Shown here in pieces: positions 27,367 through 38,367 of a stretch of DNA of 64,000 nt. This DNA is from Minisyncoccota bacterium (GTDB taxonomy: Bacteria; Patescibacteriota; Minisyncoccia; Phycocordibacterales; UBA9973). The position numbers and the translations under genes were made by a program. The notes beneath the pieces are model-generated. The model saw only the letters and a program-made list of their open reading frames with translations, did not search any database and was not told the origin of the DNA. The stretch covers positions 68,204-132,203 of the forward strand of contig JBAYKP010000001.1 of assembly GCA_041664465.1 (NCBI GenBank). The letters run 5' to 3'. Every line of letters starts with the position of its first letter. Positions within the stretch are counted from its first letter, which is position 1.

Positions 27367-28434
27367 TTACTTTTGTAATGATGATTTGTCTAAGAATGTA
27401 TTGATTTCTGCATTTTTATCAAGCAAAGTTGTCATAATAGTATTCACGACAAGCCAAGCTGCGAGAGCCACGATATATCCGATAACTACATTGAAGAGTA
27501 TATGCCTTGCTTTCTCTGTCTGGCCTGCACTCCCACCAGCCGTCAAGAATAAATAGGCAGTATACATTATGATAAGAGCTACCAATGGAGTCGCAATAGT
27601 AAATAATACGAATTTAATAAGATTATTTAGCAATAACATAAAATAATTGAAATCACAGGGATTCTTGTATTGACCAGTCACTTTGTCTATCTCGCCAGTA
27701 TTACAAGTGGGGACAATTTTACTGCCATTATCTTGGATAACGGGAGTAGGAGTATTGATAGGAGTGACAGGAGCATTTTTATCTATCAATGTATCGAATC
27801 CAATTTGTTTATGAGTAACATTACCGTCTAAATTTAAATCTAGTGATGCGTCATAAGAGTGCCCTGCAGTTAAACCCTCTACTTTAAATTGAAATGTCCC
27901 ATCAGAAGCTGAATTAATAGTCCATACTTTAAATGGAGCTTGCGCCGTCCTATCATACACTGATAATTGATAAGCTTGACTTGTCATCAGACCAGAAGCT
28001 TTCAATAAAACAGAGGTCATAGTGACAGAAGTAATATCGTATTGAAATACAATATACTCTGCGGTAATGATTCTAAAAATGTCAGAGCTGACGGTACTCA
28101 AATTACTAAAATTCATCACTGTAATCTTGCCATCTGTAGCACCAACGGGCACTTTAACTTTGATTTCAGTAGCCGTACAACTTTCTACAATAGTTCGGAC
28201 CGTATTAAATGTTACATAATCTAGACGCTGGAAATTCTCACCCTTAATAGTAATGACGTCACCTATCTTTGCAGAAAGCGGGCTAATGCTTGTAATCACG
28301 GGAGTAACTTTGGCATTTAGAAGTGAAGAATCATCACATTTCACTGCAGCAAAAACCTTATTCACATTTATAAAACTACTTATAAAAATAATGACCAGTA
28401 TTAAACTAAATATAATTCCAATATTTTTTTTCAT
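27367..28434 (-). CDS. secreted IPT/TIG-domain protein with a C-terminal two-TM pilin-like module (fusion paralogue)
   Basis: Signal peptide, then ITSISPLSAKIGDVITIKGENF...TEIKVKVPVGATDGKITV (IPT/TIG-like Ig fold), a beta-rich middle, then the C-terminal FVLFTIATPLVALIIMYTAYLFL..GQTEKARHILFNVVIGYIVALAAWLVV module shared with the four downstream paralogues. Confidence 0.55.
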   Translation of the reverse strand: MKKNIGIIFSLILVIIFISSFINVNKVFAAVKCDDSSLLNAKVTPVITSISPLSAKIGDVITIKGENFQRLDYVTFNTVRTIVESCTATEIKVKVPVGATDGKITVMNFSNLSTVSSDIFRIITAEYIVFQYDITSVTMTSVLLKASGLMTSQAYQLSVYDRTAQAPFKVWTINSASDGTFQFKVEGLTAGHSYDASLDLNLDGNVTHKQIGFDTLIDKNAPVTPINTPTPVIQDNGSKIVPTCNTGEIDKVTGQYKNPCDFNYFMLLLNNLIKFVLFTIATPLVALIIMYTAYLFLTAGGSAGQTEKARHILFNVVIGYIVALAAWLVVNTIMTTLLDKNAEINTFLDKSSLQK

Positions 28435-28437
28435 AAA

Positions 28438-29751
28438 TTATTTTGTATTATAATTTCTAAGAATAAGATCCAGCTGGCTGGAAGCTTTATTGATAGCATC
28501 TGTTACTGAAAGCTTGTTGGACAATGAATTCTCTATCAATTCTTTAAAAATAGAATCGGATTGTTCTTTGTCGGGATCAAGCCATGAACGAGCGATAATA
28601 GCAGAGTCAAAGAAAGTGACCAGATATGGGTCTTTGGGCATATCTCTAAGCAAAGACCTCGTCGCTGTAGGTATTGAAGTGCTAATGCCTAACTCTTTAA
28701 GGAAATCAGGGGCAGTTATAAGGGATGAGACTCCTAGGGCAGAGGCTAAATTCATGGACTTTTTATTGGCGACTAACGTATAGATATTGCCATACGTGCG
28801 TTTGATACTGGTCCCCTTTGTCTGAGGGATAGTAGTAACATCAAAACTCAAATTTGGATTGACGGATTGTATTTTAAATAATTCACTGGCATATCCTATA
28901 TAAAAAGCAAGCTTTCCACTTGAAAACATTTCAAAAGAATTTGGCATTGAGCGATTCCAAGAATAAGATTCATTGGAAGGATTTGAGAATTCTAAGAAGA
29001 AATTTACAATCTGTTCAAATGGGGCAACCCCACTAGGCAGAGTATCTTTAATCGTTAGAGCATATCCGGTACTTGTTCGCGCAACTATAGAATTATCGCT
29101 TTCAAGTAAAAGCATTGAGAGAATATCTTTGGAGTGATTCACATTATCATACTGACCGAAGGCTATCATACTTTGTGTGATAGTGCCATCACTTTTTTTC
29201 TTTATCAATTTAGAACCTAAATTAAATAATTCATCCCAAGAAGTCGGAGGATAAAGAATCCCCTCATTGGAAAGCATATTTTTGTTGTAATATAAAACTA
29301 ATGGATCTACTAGTAAAGGAGACCCTATCACTCCATCATTCGCGAGCAAGATATCAGCTCCATCAATATATGAAGTTCGGAAAGATTTCTCGGATAAGCT
29401 AGCGTATGGAATTTTGTAAATAAAATTACTGTTCTTTAGAATCATATCGGGAGTCAGGATGAATAAATCAGGAGCAGAGTCTTTTGCTATTGCTTCTATA
29501 AGGTTCTGTTCATAGCTATCACTCTTCTGTTCTTTATAAGTCACAGTAAAGGGGGCATTGGAGCCAGCGATACTTTCAACTAGTGATGAGACTTGCGCAC
29601 TAGGCAAAGTCCCCCAAATAACAATCTTACCAGAAATCGCATTGGTCCCGCTACTACTCCCACCAATTTTAAGAATTCCAGAGAATATCAAAACTCCAAA
29701 AACAAAGAAGGCTAAAAATATTGCAACCAAGATTGTTTGAAAATTATTCAT
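28438..29751 (-). CDS. ABC transporter substrate-binding protein (family 1, sugar-type), membrane-anchored
   Basis: An N-terminal TM segment, then KIVIWGTLP...LFILTPDMI...PLLVDPLVLYYNKNML, typical of extracellular solute-binding protein family 1. Confidence 0.55.
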   Translation of the reverse strand: MNNFQTILVAIFLAFFVFGVLIFSGILKIGGSSSGTNAISGKIVIWGTLPSAQVSSLVESIAGSNAPFTVTYKEQKSDSYEQNLIEAIAKDSAPDLFILTPDMILKNSNFIYKIPYASLSEKSFRTSYIDGADILLANDGVIGSPLLVDPLVLYYNKNMLSNEGILYPPTSWDELFNLGSKLIKKKSDGTITQSMIAFGQYDNVNHSKDILSMLLLESDNSIVARTSTGYALTIKDTLPSGVAPFEQIVNFFLEFSNPSNESYSWNRSMPNSFEMFSSGKLAFYIGYASELFKIQSVNPNLSFDVTTIPQTKGTSIKRTYGNIYTLVANKKSMNLASALGVSSLITAPDFLKELGISTSIPTATRSLLRDMPKDPYLVTFFDSAIIARSWLDPDKEQSDSIFKELIENSLSNKLSVTDAINKASSQLDLILRNYNTK

Positions 29752-29752
29752 A

Positions 29753-30295
29753 CTAATATGTGAAAATTATACCATAATGATGCTCACTTGTGGTAATTTC
29801 TTCTGCAAATTTAAAACCTCTCTTAAGGAATAAATCTATCGCCTCCCTTTTTTCTATTACTCTTTCCCCTGATGGACCCATGCTATTAAAAGATGCTAAC
29901 CACTCTATGAAAAGAATTTTGCCATCATTTTTTAAAATTCTTTTGGCTTCATCTATAAGCCCGAGCTTGTCCTCAGCTTGGAATAAGACATTGGCAATAA
30001 TGACAGCATCCATAGAATGATCGGCTATCTTCGTGCCACCCTTTTTCTCTATATCGCCCCAGATACATTCTACATTTAAAACACCGTTTTCTTTTATTTC
30101 ATTTTCAAGTTTCTTGACTAGATTCTTCTGGACTTCTATGGCATAGACGTGACCTGTATGCCCGACGTGCCTGCCAGCAGAAATAGCATAAGCCCCAGTC
30201 CCAGCTCCAAAGTCTGCGACTCGCATACCTTCTCGTAATCCTAATTGAGCAACATTTTTTTCTGGATTAGAAAACATAATTATATTATAGCACAT
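29753..30295 (-). CDS. class I SAM-dependent methyltransferase (Methyltransf_11/UbiE-like)
   Basis: VADFGAGTGAYAI (motif I), DAVIIANVL and GKILFIEW motifs. Likely start is MFSNPEK at 30277. Confidence 0.6.
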   Translation of the reverse strand: MCYNIIMFSNPEKNVAQLGLREGMRVADFGAGTGAYAISAGRHVGHTGHVYAIEVQKNLVKKLENEIKENGVLNVECIWGDIEKKGGTKIADHSMDAVIIANVLFQAEDKLGLIDEAKRILKNDGKILFIEWLASFNSMGPSGERVIEKREAIDLFLKRGFKFAEEITTSEHHYGIIFTY

Positions 30296-32749
30296 TTATA
30301 AACAAGTAATAGATGCGATGGAGTCGCCGGCGTGAAGTTTCATGATAGTGACGCCTTGAGTCTGGCGTCCGGAGGTAGGAATGGACTTCAAGTCTACGCG
30401 AATAACTTGGCCTTTCTGTGAGACGGCAATAATTTCATTTTCTTCACCGACAATTTTAGCCACGATGAGCTTGCCTGTCTTTGGGGTTACTTTGGCGGTT
30501 TTAATTCCAGAACCACTTCGCTTTTGAGTTTTGTATTCTTTGATATTTGTCTTTTTGCCGAGACCATTAGAAGAAAGTGTGAGTAAAGCTAGAGCAGTCT
30601 CACCTTTAGGAATACGATCTACCCCTACTATGAAATCTCCCTTCCCAAGCTTCATCGCACGGACTCCACCTGCACCACGCCCCATCTCACGGACATCACT
30701 TTCTTTGAATCTGATAGACTGACCATTGGTCGTGGCAAGCATTATGTCGTCACCTTTTGTAATAGCTAATACCGCCTCAAGCTCATCATCCTTATCAAGC
30801 TTGATAGCCAATAAGCCACTTCGGCGTACATCTTTGAAACTTTCGGCTGAGACTTTCTTCGTCACGCCCATTTTCGTAACCATCATCAAGTGCTCTATAG
30901 TCTTCTTGGTTTCTTTATCTATCGGCAAAATAGAAGTCACCTTCTCATCGCCAGTAAGAGCCATAAAGTTCATTATGGATTTGCCTTTTGTGGCACGTTT
31001 ACCTTCTGGAATATCATACATTTTAATCTGATAAGCTTTGCCAAGATTTGTAAAGAATAATAATTCGCTGTGAGTATTGGCTGAGACGAGCATTGTCACA
31101 AAGTCTTCTTCTTTCGTTTCTATATCTATGACGCCCACTCCACCACGTTTCTGATTCTTGTATTCAGATGGATCAGTACGCTTGACGTAGCCACCCTTGG
31201 TGAAGACAAGGACTGACTCTTTCTCAGGAATAAGATCTTCTTCATTGATAGATTTGACTCCACCTTTCACAATGCGAGTGCGTCTCTCATCGGCATACTT
31301 TTCTTTGATATCTGAGAGCTCATCTCCAATAACTTTGAGCATCTTCTTTGGGCTGGCAAGTAATGCTTCAAGAGCTTTGATAAGTTCTTGCTTCTCTTTA
31401 AGTTCAAGCTCTACATTTTTTCGCTCAAGACCTGCGAGTTTCTGAAGCTTCATTTCTAAAATGGCTGTCGCTTGTAAGTCAGAGAATTTAAATTCTTTCA
31501 TCAAATTTAATTTGGCGGTCGCTGTATCTTTCGAAGCACGAATGAGCGAGATGACGCGATCAATGTGATCAAGCGCTTTCTTAAGTCCAAGAAGGATATG
31601 CTCGCGCTCTTTGGCTTTCCTTAAGTCAAACTCCGTACGACGACGAACAATCACAACTCTGTGATCTATAAATAAAGAGAGCAAACTCTTGAGCGATAAT
31701 GTCTGAGGCACGCCATCTACAAGCGCTACGATATTATAATTGAAAGATTGCTCAAGCTGAGTATGCTTGTAAATATAATTTAAAACTTTCTCTGGAATTA
31801 CGCCGGACTTCAAATCAATAGCGATACGAATATCTTTGGTAGATTCATCACGAAGACCCTTAATACCTTCAAGCTTTTTCTCTTGGATAAGGAGTGCAAT
31901 AGCTTCTATTAAATTGGATTTATTTACTCTATAAGGAATAGAAGTGATAATAATCTGAAATGTGCCAGACTTCTGCTCCACTATCTCAGCTTCACCGCGA
32001 GTAACGACTCCACCACGGCCAGTAGAATAAGCATGAAGTAAATCTGTCTTGTTGTAAACAATACCCCCAGTTGGAAAGTCAGGACCCTTGACGAATTCCA
32101 TCAAGTCTTCAGTCGTAGCATCTTTGTTCTCTATAAGGTGCAGTGTCGCATCTATAACTTCCGATAGATTGTGTGGAGGAATGTTGGTCGCCATACCGAC
32201 AGCGATACCGAGCGTACCATTTAGAAGTAAATTTGGAACAGCAGTAGGAAGCACTACAGGCTCCTTACGAGTCTGATCATAGTTCGGATGAAAATCAACA
32301 GTTTCTTTCTCTAAATCAAGGAGTAAGAGAGATGAAATTTTTGACATTTTAGCTTCCGTATAACGCATTGCCGCCGCTCCATCGCCATCGATAGAACCAA
32401 AGTTACCTTGACCATGAATAAGTGGATATCTATAAGAGAAATCTTGCGCCATTCCTACCATTGAATCATAGACAGCTACATCGCCGTGAGGATGGTATTT
32501 ACCGAGCACATCTCCGACTACGGCTGCACTTTTACGAAATCTGGCAGAGGAAGTAAGCCCCATTTCATTCATTGCATATAGAATACGACGATGCACCGGT
32601 TTAAGACCATCACGGACATCTGGCAAAGCACGATCAGTAATGACTGACATCGCGTAGTCTATAAATGAATCTTTCATCTCGCGACTGATATCAACTCCCA
32701 CTACATTTATATGTTCTTTTTTAATTTCTGGTTCTTTTTCTTTTGGCAT
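30296..32749 (-). CDS. gyrA: DNA gyrase subunit A
   Basis: [25 protein letters not shown] (active-site Tyr), and the C-terminal beta-pinwheel repeats. Confidence 0.95.
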   Translation of the reverse strand: MPKEKEPEIKKEHINVVGVDISREMKDSFIDYAMSVITDRALPDVRDGLKPVHRRILYAMNEMGLTSSARFRKSAAVVGDVLGKYHPHGDVAVYDSMVGMAQDFSYRYPLIHGQGNFGSIDGDGAAAMRYTEAKMSKISSLLLLDLEKETVDFHPNYDQTRKEPVVLPTAVPNLLLNGTLGIAVGMATNIPPHNLSEVIDATLHLIENKDATTEDLMEFVKGPDFPTGGIVYNKTDLLHAYSTGRGGVVTRGEAEIVEQKSGTFQIIITSIPYRVNKSNLIEAIALLIQEKKLEGIKGLRDESTKDIRIAIDLKSGVIPEKVLNYIYKHTQLEQSFNYNIVALVDGVPQTLSLKSLLSLFIDHRVVIVRRRTEFDLRKAKEREHILLGLKKALDHIDRVISLIRASKDTATAKLNLMKEFKFSDLQATAILEMKLQKLAGLERKNVELELKEKQELIKALEALLASPKKMLKVIGDELSDIKEKYADERRTRIVKGGVKSINEEDLIPEKESVLVFTKGGYVKRTDPSEYKNQKRGGVGVIDIETKEEDFVTMLVSANTHSELLFFTNLGKAYQIKMYDIPEGKRATKGKSIMNFMALTGDEKVTSILPIDKETKKTIEHLMMVTKMGVTKKVSAESFKDVRRSGLLAIKLDKDDELEAVLAITKGDDIMLATTNGQSIRFKESDVREMGRGAGGVRAMKLGKGDFIVGVDRIPKGETALALLTLSSNGLGKKTNIKEYKTQKRSGSGIKTAKVTPKTGKLIVAKIVGEENEIIAVSQKGQVIRVDLKSIPTSGRQTQGVTIMKLHAGDSIASITCL

Positions 32750-32750
32750 A

Positions 32751-33086
32751 TTATTGATTAGGATATTCTACTGGTATTAAATCTATCTTCTTCTCTAATT
32801 TTGTATTAACTGGCTGGCTGGTAACTTCTTTTTTATTTGTAAATGGAGAATTTGCGACACTTGCTCCTATATTCTTAAATGTATCCGATAATGAATTCTT
32901 GAAAAGTTGGAATGGCTTGATGTCTTTGTTCGTTTGCTCTGCTACTTTTCCATTCCCAAAACGAGTTCCTAAATTATAAATCCAAATAAAAGAAACGAAA
33001 GACATACAAAGTATAAGAACAGCGACAAATATTAATTTGCGAGTCTCTTCACTTTTTGATTGTAACTTTTTTATATATGCTCTCAT
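32751..33086 (-). CDS. hypothetical single-TM protein
   Basis: 111 aa with a TM segment [20 protein letters not shown]. No motifs. Confidence 0.35.
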   Translation of the reverse strand: MRAYIKKLQSKSEETRKLIFVAVLILCMSFVSFIWIYNLGTRFGNGKVAEQTNKDIKPFQLFKNSLSDTFKNIGASVANSPFTNKKEVTSQPVNTKLEKKIDLIPVEYPNQ

Positions 33087-33088
33087 AA

Positions 33089-33715
33089 CTAATTTGATAA
33101 TACTATAATTTCTCCTTCACGGCCAATTAATTCTTTGGCTTTGATTGTGAGCTTATCTACTCCTACTATTTTATCTTGCCCTCCTTCTTTGAGGAATGCT
33201 TTCAAAGTCTTCTCATCATAGTCCATCGGTATAATTATTTTTGGTTCTAGAGATACGGCTAGTTTGTAAGCTTCAGATGGATCTAGTAAATCGTGGTTGC
33301 CAATAGGTACAAATAAAATATCAGGATTTCCTATGTCTCCGCGAACCTCTGCCGTTACTTTATTGTTGGACATACAGCCCAAGAAACAAATTGAGATATT
33401 CTCAATAGAAAGAGAATAAATAGTATTGATATATTTTTTCTCATTTAGAATCGTCTCTGTCATTATTCCTTTTATGAAAATATCTTTGACTTCATAGTCT
33501 CCGGGACCTTTAACTTCAAACGGTACTGTCTCTCCGTGTGAGACCATATCAAAGCCATTATAATCTGGATGATTAGTTGTAGAAAGAGCTATATCAGAAC
33601 CAAAGCGTGCACCTTTGAATTCTCCCTTGGAATCTTTGCTTATAGGATTAACCGCCACCACCAAATTCCCCTGCTGAATCTTGAAAAATTGTTTGCCTAG
33701 ATATGTGATAATCAT
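33089..33715 (-). CDS. MBL-fold metallo-hydrolase (UlaG/Lactamase_B_3-like)
   Basis: MIITYLGKQFFKI... The N-terminal ITYLGH-like strand and overall length fit MBL-fold hydrolases. The metal-binding histidines are not all evident. Confidence 0.45.
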   Translation of the reverse strand: MIITYLGKQFFKIQQGNLVVAVNPISKDSKGEFKGARFGSDIALSTTNHPDYNGFDMVSHGETVPFEVKGPGDYEVKDIFIKGIMTETILNEKKYINTIYSLSIENISICFLGCMSNNKVTAEVRGDIGNPDILFVPIGNHDLLDPSEAYKLAVSLEPKIIIPMDYDEKTLKAFLKEGGQDKIVGVDKLTIKAKELIGREGEIIVLSN

Positions 33716-33760
33716 AAGTATATTATAGCAAATATTTGGAAAATAAGGAAGTGAGAATAT

Positions 33761-34372
33761 CTATTTTCCTACGCAATAATTGTAGATAGAATAATTATAA
33801 TCTGCATGAAGATAATTATTGGGACTAAAAGGATCTATTACATCAATGTGCCCCAAATTATTTTTATCAGAAGTATTTTCAAGCCAAGTGCAAAGTAAGT
33901 AATGAGTTGCATTATAACTACCTAAAGTTCCATTTGATCTATAGTGATAAAGTCTATTTACAGATTGTCCAGGAGGATTACCGCTCCAAGGGAACATTCC
34001 CGATGCAACATTTACCGGGTCACGAGGAACATAAGACATACTACCACTATTAACAAGTGGCAAAAATAAATTGTTCCAAGAATTTAAACCAGTATCCCAA
34101 GCTGGATTTGTATTTGCATAAGTTCCTGATATTGCAGAAGTCGTGCCAGTTGCTGGATATCCACCATGAGTATCATAATATAATTCTAGGGCGATACTCA
34201 TTTGACGAAAGTCTGACTTTCTTCTAGAATCATTAGCTTTTATTTTTGCCTCATGTAAGAAAGACAACACAACTGTTGATAAAATTCCAATAATTGCAAT
34301 TACAACTAAAAGTTCAATTAAAGTAAACCCTTTATTTGATGAAATTAAATTTTTCTGCAAAAATTTAAACAT
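33761..34372 (-). CDS. type IV pilin (prepilin with N-terminal methylation motif)
   Basis: KGFTLIELLVVIAIIGILSTVV is the class III signal / N-methylation site (G|FTLIEL). Confidence 0.8.
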   Translation of the reverse strand: MFKFLQKNLISSNKGFTLIELLVVIAIIGILSTVVLSFLHEAKIKANDSRRKSDFRQMSIALELYYDTHGGYPATGTTSAISGTYANTNPAWDTGLNSWNNLFLPLVNSGSMSYVPRDPVNVASGMFPWSGNPPGQSVNRLYHYRSNGTLGSYNATHYLLCTWLENTSDKNNLGHIDVIDPFSPNNYLHADYNYSIYNYCVGK

Positions 34373-34598
34373 ATAGTTTATTATACTACTTATATAATAT
34401 ATATGTAAATTATGTCATTTTAAATAATGACAAGTCCTCTTATTTAGACTATTTTCTTGCAGAATATCTTCTTTTATAGTATAGTAACTAGATTATCAGC
34501 CAGATTGGAATATAACCCTTATTGTTAAAGCTTTTTTAACAAAAGACATCCAAGCTGTGCCGCAATAGTGCGGTTTTTTTAGTTCCAAAATAAGAATT

Positions 34599-35729
34599 AT
34601 GACAAAAACAAATGATGATGTAGTTTCAAGCATCGCAGAACATGCAAAAATTGAACTTTCAAGTATCGGTAAAATGCTTGATAAAGCCGAGCTTCCACCA
34701 CAAGTGGATGCCCTCGTAGAAGGTCCTGTAATTTCTATTCAGAAATCTTCTGTGTATATTGACCTCGCTCCTTTTGGAACAGGTATTATATATGGACGTG
34801 AATTTATAAATGCAAAAGATATAATTAAGAAAGTAAATATCGGTGATGTTGTAAAAGCCAAAGTTGTCGGTACTGATAATGATGAAGGTTATATAGAATT
34901 ATCTTTGAAAGAAGCAAAGCAAGCCCTCATTTGGAGTGAAGCTGATAAAGCTATCAAATCCAAAGTTGCTCTTGAGCTTACAGTCAAAGAAGCAAATAAA
35001 GGCGGACTTATCCTAGAGTGGCAAGGTATTGCTGGATTTCTTCCTGCATCTCAGCTTAAGAGTGAGCACTATCCTCGCGTAGAAGATTCCGATAAAGACA
35101 AAATTTTGAAAGCTTTGAAAATGCTCGTTGGTAAACGTATCAACGTCGTGATGATTTCAGCTCTTCCAAAAGAAGGCAAGCTAATCTTCTCCGAAAAAGA
35201 TAACAATCCAGAAGAACGTCAAGAAATTATCGGTAAGTATGAAGTCGGCAATGAGCTTGAATGCGTCGTCGCTGGTATCGTAGACTTCGGAGTATTCTTA
35301 AAAGTGGAGGAGGGCTTAGAAGGGCTTGTCCACATATCTGAGATTGATTGGGGTTTGGTAGATGATCCAAGAACAATGTTTAAAGTGGGAGAGAAAATCA
35401 AAGCTAAGATAATTGATATCAAAGATGGGAAAATTTCTTTATCAATCAAAGCTTTGAAAGAAAATCCCTGGAAAGAATTTGAAAATAAACTTAAAAAGGG
35501 CGATATCGTCTCAGGAGTCGTCATCAAGTTCAACAAGCATGGAGCTCTCGTCTCTATCAAGCAAGGTGTAGCAGGACTTGTCCATAACTCAAGCTTCGGA
35601 TCAGAAGAGAAATTAAAGAAGACTTTAGAACTTGGTAAAACTTACAACTTCCAAGTAACTCTCTTTGAACCAAAAGACCAGAGAATGACTCTAGTTCACT
35701 TAGACGACACAGCAAAAAAAGCAGAATAA
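34599..35729 (+). CDS. rpsA: 30S ribosomal protein S1 (four S1 domains)
   Basis: Repeated S1/OB motifs (GDVVKAKVVG..., GEKIKAKIIDIKDGKISLSIK, GDIVSGVVIKFNKHGALVSI). Confidence 0.8.
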   Translation: MTKTNDDVVSSIAEHAKIELSSIGKMLDKAELPPQVDALVEGPVISIQKSSVYIDLAPFGTGIIYGREFINAKDIIKKVNIGDVVKAKVVGTDNDEGYIELSLKEAKQALIWSEADKAIKSKVALELTVKEANKGGLILEWQGIAGFLPASQLKSEHYPRVEDSDKDKILKALKMLVGKRINVVMISALPKEGKLIFSEKDNNPEERQEIIGKYEVGNELECVVAGIVDFGVFLKVEEGLEGLVHISEIDWGLVDDPRTMFKVGEKIKAKIIDIKDGKISLSIKALKENPWKEFENKLKKGDIVSGVVIKFNKHGALVSIKQGVAGLVHNSSFGSEEKLKKTLELGKTYNFQVTLFEPKDQRMTLVHLDDTAKKAE

Positions 35730-35740
35730 TGTATCCATTA

Positions 35741-35767
35741 AAAAATCCCTCATCTGAGGGATTTTTT
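35741..35767. terminator. bidirectional terminator between rpsA (+) and pth (-)
   Basis: aaaaatccctca-tc-tgagggatttttt. Confidence 0.6.
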
Positions 35768-36353
35768 AATTATACAACGTCATTGCTTTATCTTTCCCTT
35801 CAACTGAAAGTATTGTGATTATTTCTCTAACTTTTTTGGAAATCTTTTTTATTTCTTTCAACTCATCTTCTTTATATGCCCCCAACAAAAATTTAAGTAT
35901 TGCTTCCTCCCCTTTCGGCTTTTTAATTTTCCCTGTTGGTGTGACTGGTGATACCCCAATACGTATACGAACAAACTCGCGAGATTTTACTTTCTTTATC
36001 ACAGATTCCAAACCATTATGCCCTCCTGAGCTACGATTGAAAGAAATTTTTAGACTACCAAGCGGTAAATCTATATCGTCATAAACTACTACTAGATTTT
36101 TCAATTTCTTTTTGTCATCTATTACCTGAGCTACAACATTCCCCGAATTATTCATAAAAGTATTCGGTAAAATAAATTCTACTTTCTCGCCATCAAGCTC
36201 TCCTTTACTTCTAAATGATTTTAATTTCATATCATCCTTCCAATCCAAAAAGTCATTGGCCTTCGCAATATTTTGAAGAATCATTCGCCCAGTATTGTGC
36301 CGAGTATTTTCATATTCTTTTCCTGGATTGCCCAGCCCTACTGTTAATATCAT
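35766..36353 (-). CDS. pth: peptidyl-tRNA hydrolase
   Basis: MILTVGLGNPGKEYENTRHNTG (catalytic His motif), DDIDLPLG and SSGGHNGL. Confidence 0.9.
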   Translation of the reverse strand: MILTVGLGNPGKEYENTRHNTGRMILQNIAKANDFLDWKDDMKLKSFRSKGELDGEKVEFILPNTFMNNSGNVVAQVIDDKKKLKNLVVVYDDIDLPLGSLKISFNRSSGGHNGLESVIKKVKSREFVRIRIGVSPVTPTGKIKKPKGEEAILKFLLGAYKEDELKEIKKISKKVREIITILSVEGKDKAMTLYN

Positions 36354-36449
36354 TTTTTTATTGTAACATAAAAAATAATTTTGATTTTACACCACACCAC
36401 ACTAAAACATATTCTGTCAATAGATATTATGTGATAAAATAGCCACTAT

Positions 36450-37037
36450 ATGGAAAATAAAACAAGTTTAAATGTTCCTGTTAAATCAAAATGGAAAGAA
36501 TTTTTAGAAAATGGTTGGGATTTACTCAAATTTGCAGTAGTGGCTCTAATTATCGTCTTACCTATCCGTATGTGGATAGCACAGCCATTCGTAGTCTCAG
36601 GCGAGTCTATGTACCCTACATTCGACAATGGTCAATACTTAATAATAGATGAGATATCTTATATCTTAGGTAACGCCCAAAGAGGAGATGTTGTCGTCTT
36701 TCGTTATCCCAATGATACAAAAAGGTTTTTTATAAAAAGGGTTATCGGTTTACCAAATGAGAAAATAATCGTAAATAATGGAGAAGTAACAATTATAAAC
36801 AAAGAGCATCCAGATGGTTTCAAAATGGTAGAACCATACATCAATGAGAAATTCTTCACCGGCTCTACATATGAGACAAAAGATAACGAATACTTTGTAA
36901 TGGGAGACAATAGAAACAGAAGCTCCGATTCTAGATTCTGGGGAATACTTCCTAAGAATTTAATGATTGGTAAAGTTTTCTTGCGACTTCTCCCTATTAA
37001 GACGATGTCTTATATGCCTGGGAAATATAATCAATAA
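36450..37037 (+). CDS. lepB: signal peptidase I
   Basis: SGESMYPTF (Ser box), GDVVVFRYP, FIKRVIGLPNE (Lys box) and GDNRNRSSDSRFWG. Confidence 0.85.
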   Translation: MENKTSLNVPVKSKWKEFLENGWDLLKFAVVALIIVLPIRMWIAQPFVVSGESMYPTFDNGQYLIIDEISYILGNAQRGDVVVFRYPNDTKRFFIKRVIGLPNEKIIVNNGEVTIINKEHPDGFKMVEPYINEKFFTGSTYETKDNEYFVMGDNRNRSSDSRFWGILPKNLMIGKVFLRLLPIKTMSYMPGKYNQ

Positions 37038-37066
37038 TAAATAATAATTAATAAATTTTAAACAGA

Positions 37067-38362
37067 ATGAATTCTCAAAATAAAAAAAATAAAGATCCTT
37101 TCCAATCTATAAAAGGGATGCGGGATATAATAGATGAACAATACTATCACTTCCAAGGATTTTTCGAAAAAGCTCAAGAAATTGCTGTCTATTATGGCTT
37201 CAAACCAATAGAGACGCCAATAGTAGAACAGGAAGGAGTCTTCACATCTTCTATCGGAGAAGGAACAGATATTATAGATAAAGAAATGTACACCTTGAAA
37301 ACAAAGGGCGGTGACCACTTGGCTCTTCGCCCTGAGCATACTGCCGGCCTTATGCGTAGCTATATAGAACACGGAATGCAATCTCTACCTCAGCCATTAC
37401 TCTTCTATAGTTATGGACCTACTTTTAGACACGATAATCCACAGAAAGGACGCTATCGCCAATTCTATCAATTTGATATGGATGTAATCGGTAGTGAGAA
37501 AAGTATCTTAGACGCTCTCGTAATTAAAACAACTTGGACAATACTAGAAGAAGCTGGTGCCAAGAATTTATCTGTGGATATCAATTCCATTGGTGACAAA
37601 GAATGTCGTAATGGATATATCCGCGAGCTTGTCGCTTATTACAAGAAAAATATTCATCTCCTTCCCGCCATTGATCGTGAAAGATTGAAAACTAATCCGC
37701 TTAGAATTCTAGATTCAAAAGAAGAGAAAACTATTGAGCTCAATCAAAACGCTCCTGATACTCTCTCGCATTTATGTACCGAATGTAAAAAACATTTCAA
37801 AGAAGTCTTGGAATATCTTGAGAAAATGGAAATCCCCTACAATATAAATAAATGTCTAGTCAGAGGTCTTTCTTATTATACTAGAACTGTTATTGAAATA
37901 ATGATAGAGGATGAAGAGACTAGCAAGAAAATAACAATCGCTGGCGGAGGACGCTATGACTACTTGGGCAAACAATTAGGCTCTAAGAAAGATGTCGGAG
38001 CTGTCGGTGTCTCCATCGGAGTAGATAGAGTAGTAGAAGCTCCTTGGTTTTCCAATTTAACTCCTCGCATTATAAAAAAGCCGAAGATATATTTCATCCA
38101 GCTTGGTTTCGATGCTAAATTAAAATCATTAAATGTCATAGAAATACTCCGCAAAGGCAAAGTGCCAATAGCTCAATCTATTTCTAAAGATAATCTAGGT
38201 GCTCAGCTAGCCGTAGCTGAAAAGCTTGGAATGCGATACGCCATAATCTTTGGACAGAAAGAAGCAATGGAAAATTCTGTAATTTTTAGAGATATGAGCA
38301 ATAGATCTCAAGATACAGTCAAGCTACCAAATCTACTTGATTACATCAAAAATCTTAAATAA
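37067..38362 (+). CDS. hisS: histidyl-tRNA synthetase
   Basis: KGMRDI, LALRPEHTAGL (motif 2 region), QFDMDVIG, GGGRYD (motif 3), and a C-terminal anticodon-binding domain. Confidence 0.9.
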   Translation: MNSQNKKNKDPFQSIKGMRDIIDEQYYHFQGFFEKAQEIAVYYGFKPIETPIVEQEGVFTSSIGEGTDIIDKEMYTLKTKGGDHLALRPEHTAGLMRSYIEHGMQSLPQPLLFYSYGPTFRHDNPQKGRYRQFYQFDMDVIGSEKSILDALVIKTTWTILEEAGAKNLSVDINSIGDKECRNGYIRELVAYYKKNIHLLPAIDRERLKTNPLRILDSKEEKTIELNQNAPDTLSHLCTECKKHFKEVLEYLEKMEIPYNINKCLVRGLSYYTRTVIEIMIEDEETSKKITIAGGGRYDYLGKQLGSKKDVGAVGVSIGVDRVVEAPWFSNLTPRIIKKPKIYFIQLGFDAKLKSLNVIEILRKGKVPIAQSISKDNLGAQLAVAEKLGMRYAIIFGQKEAMENSVIFRDMSNRSQDTVKLPNLLDYIKNLK

Positions 38363-38367
38363 AAAAT

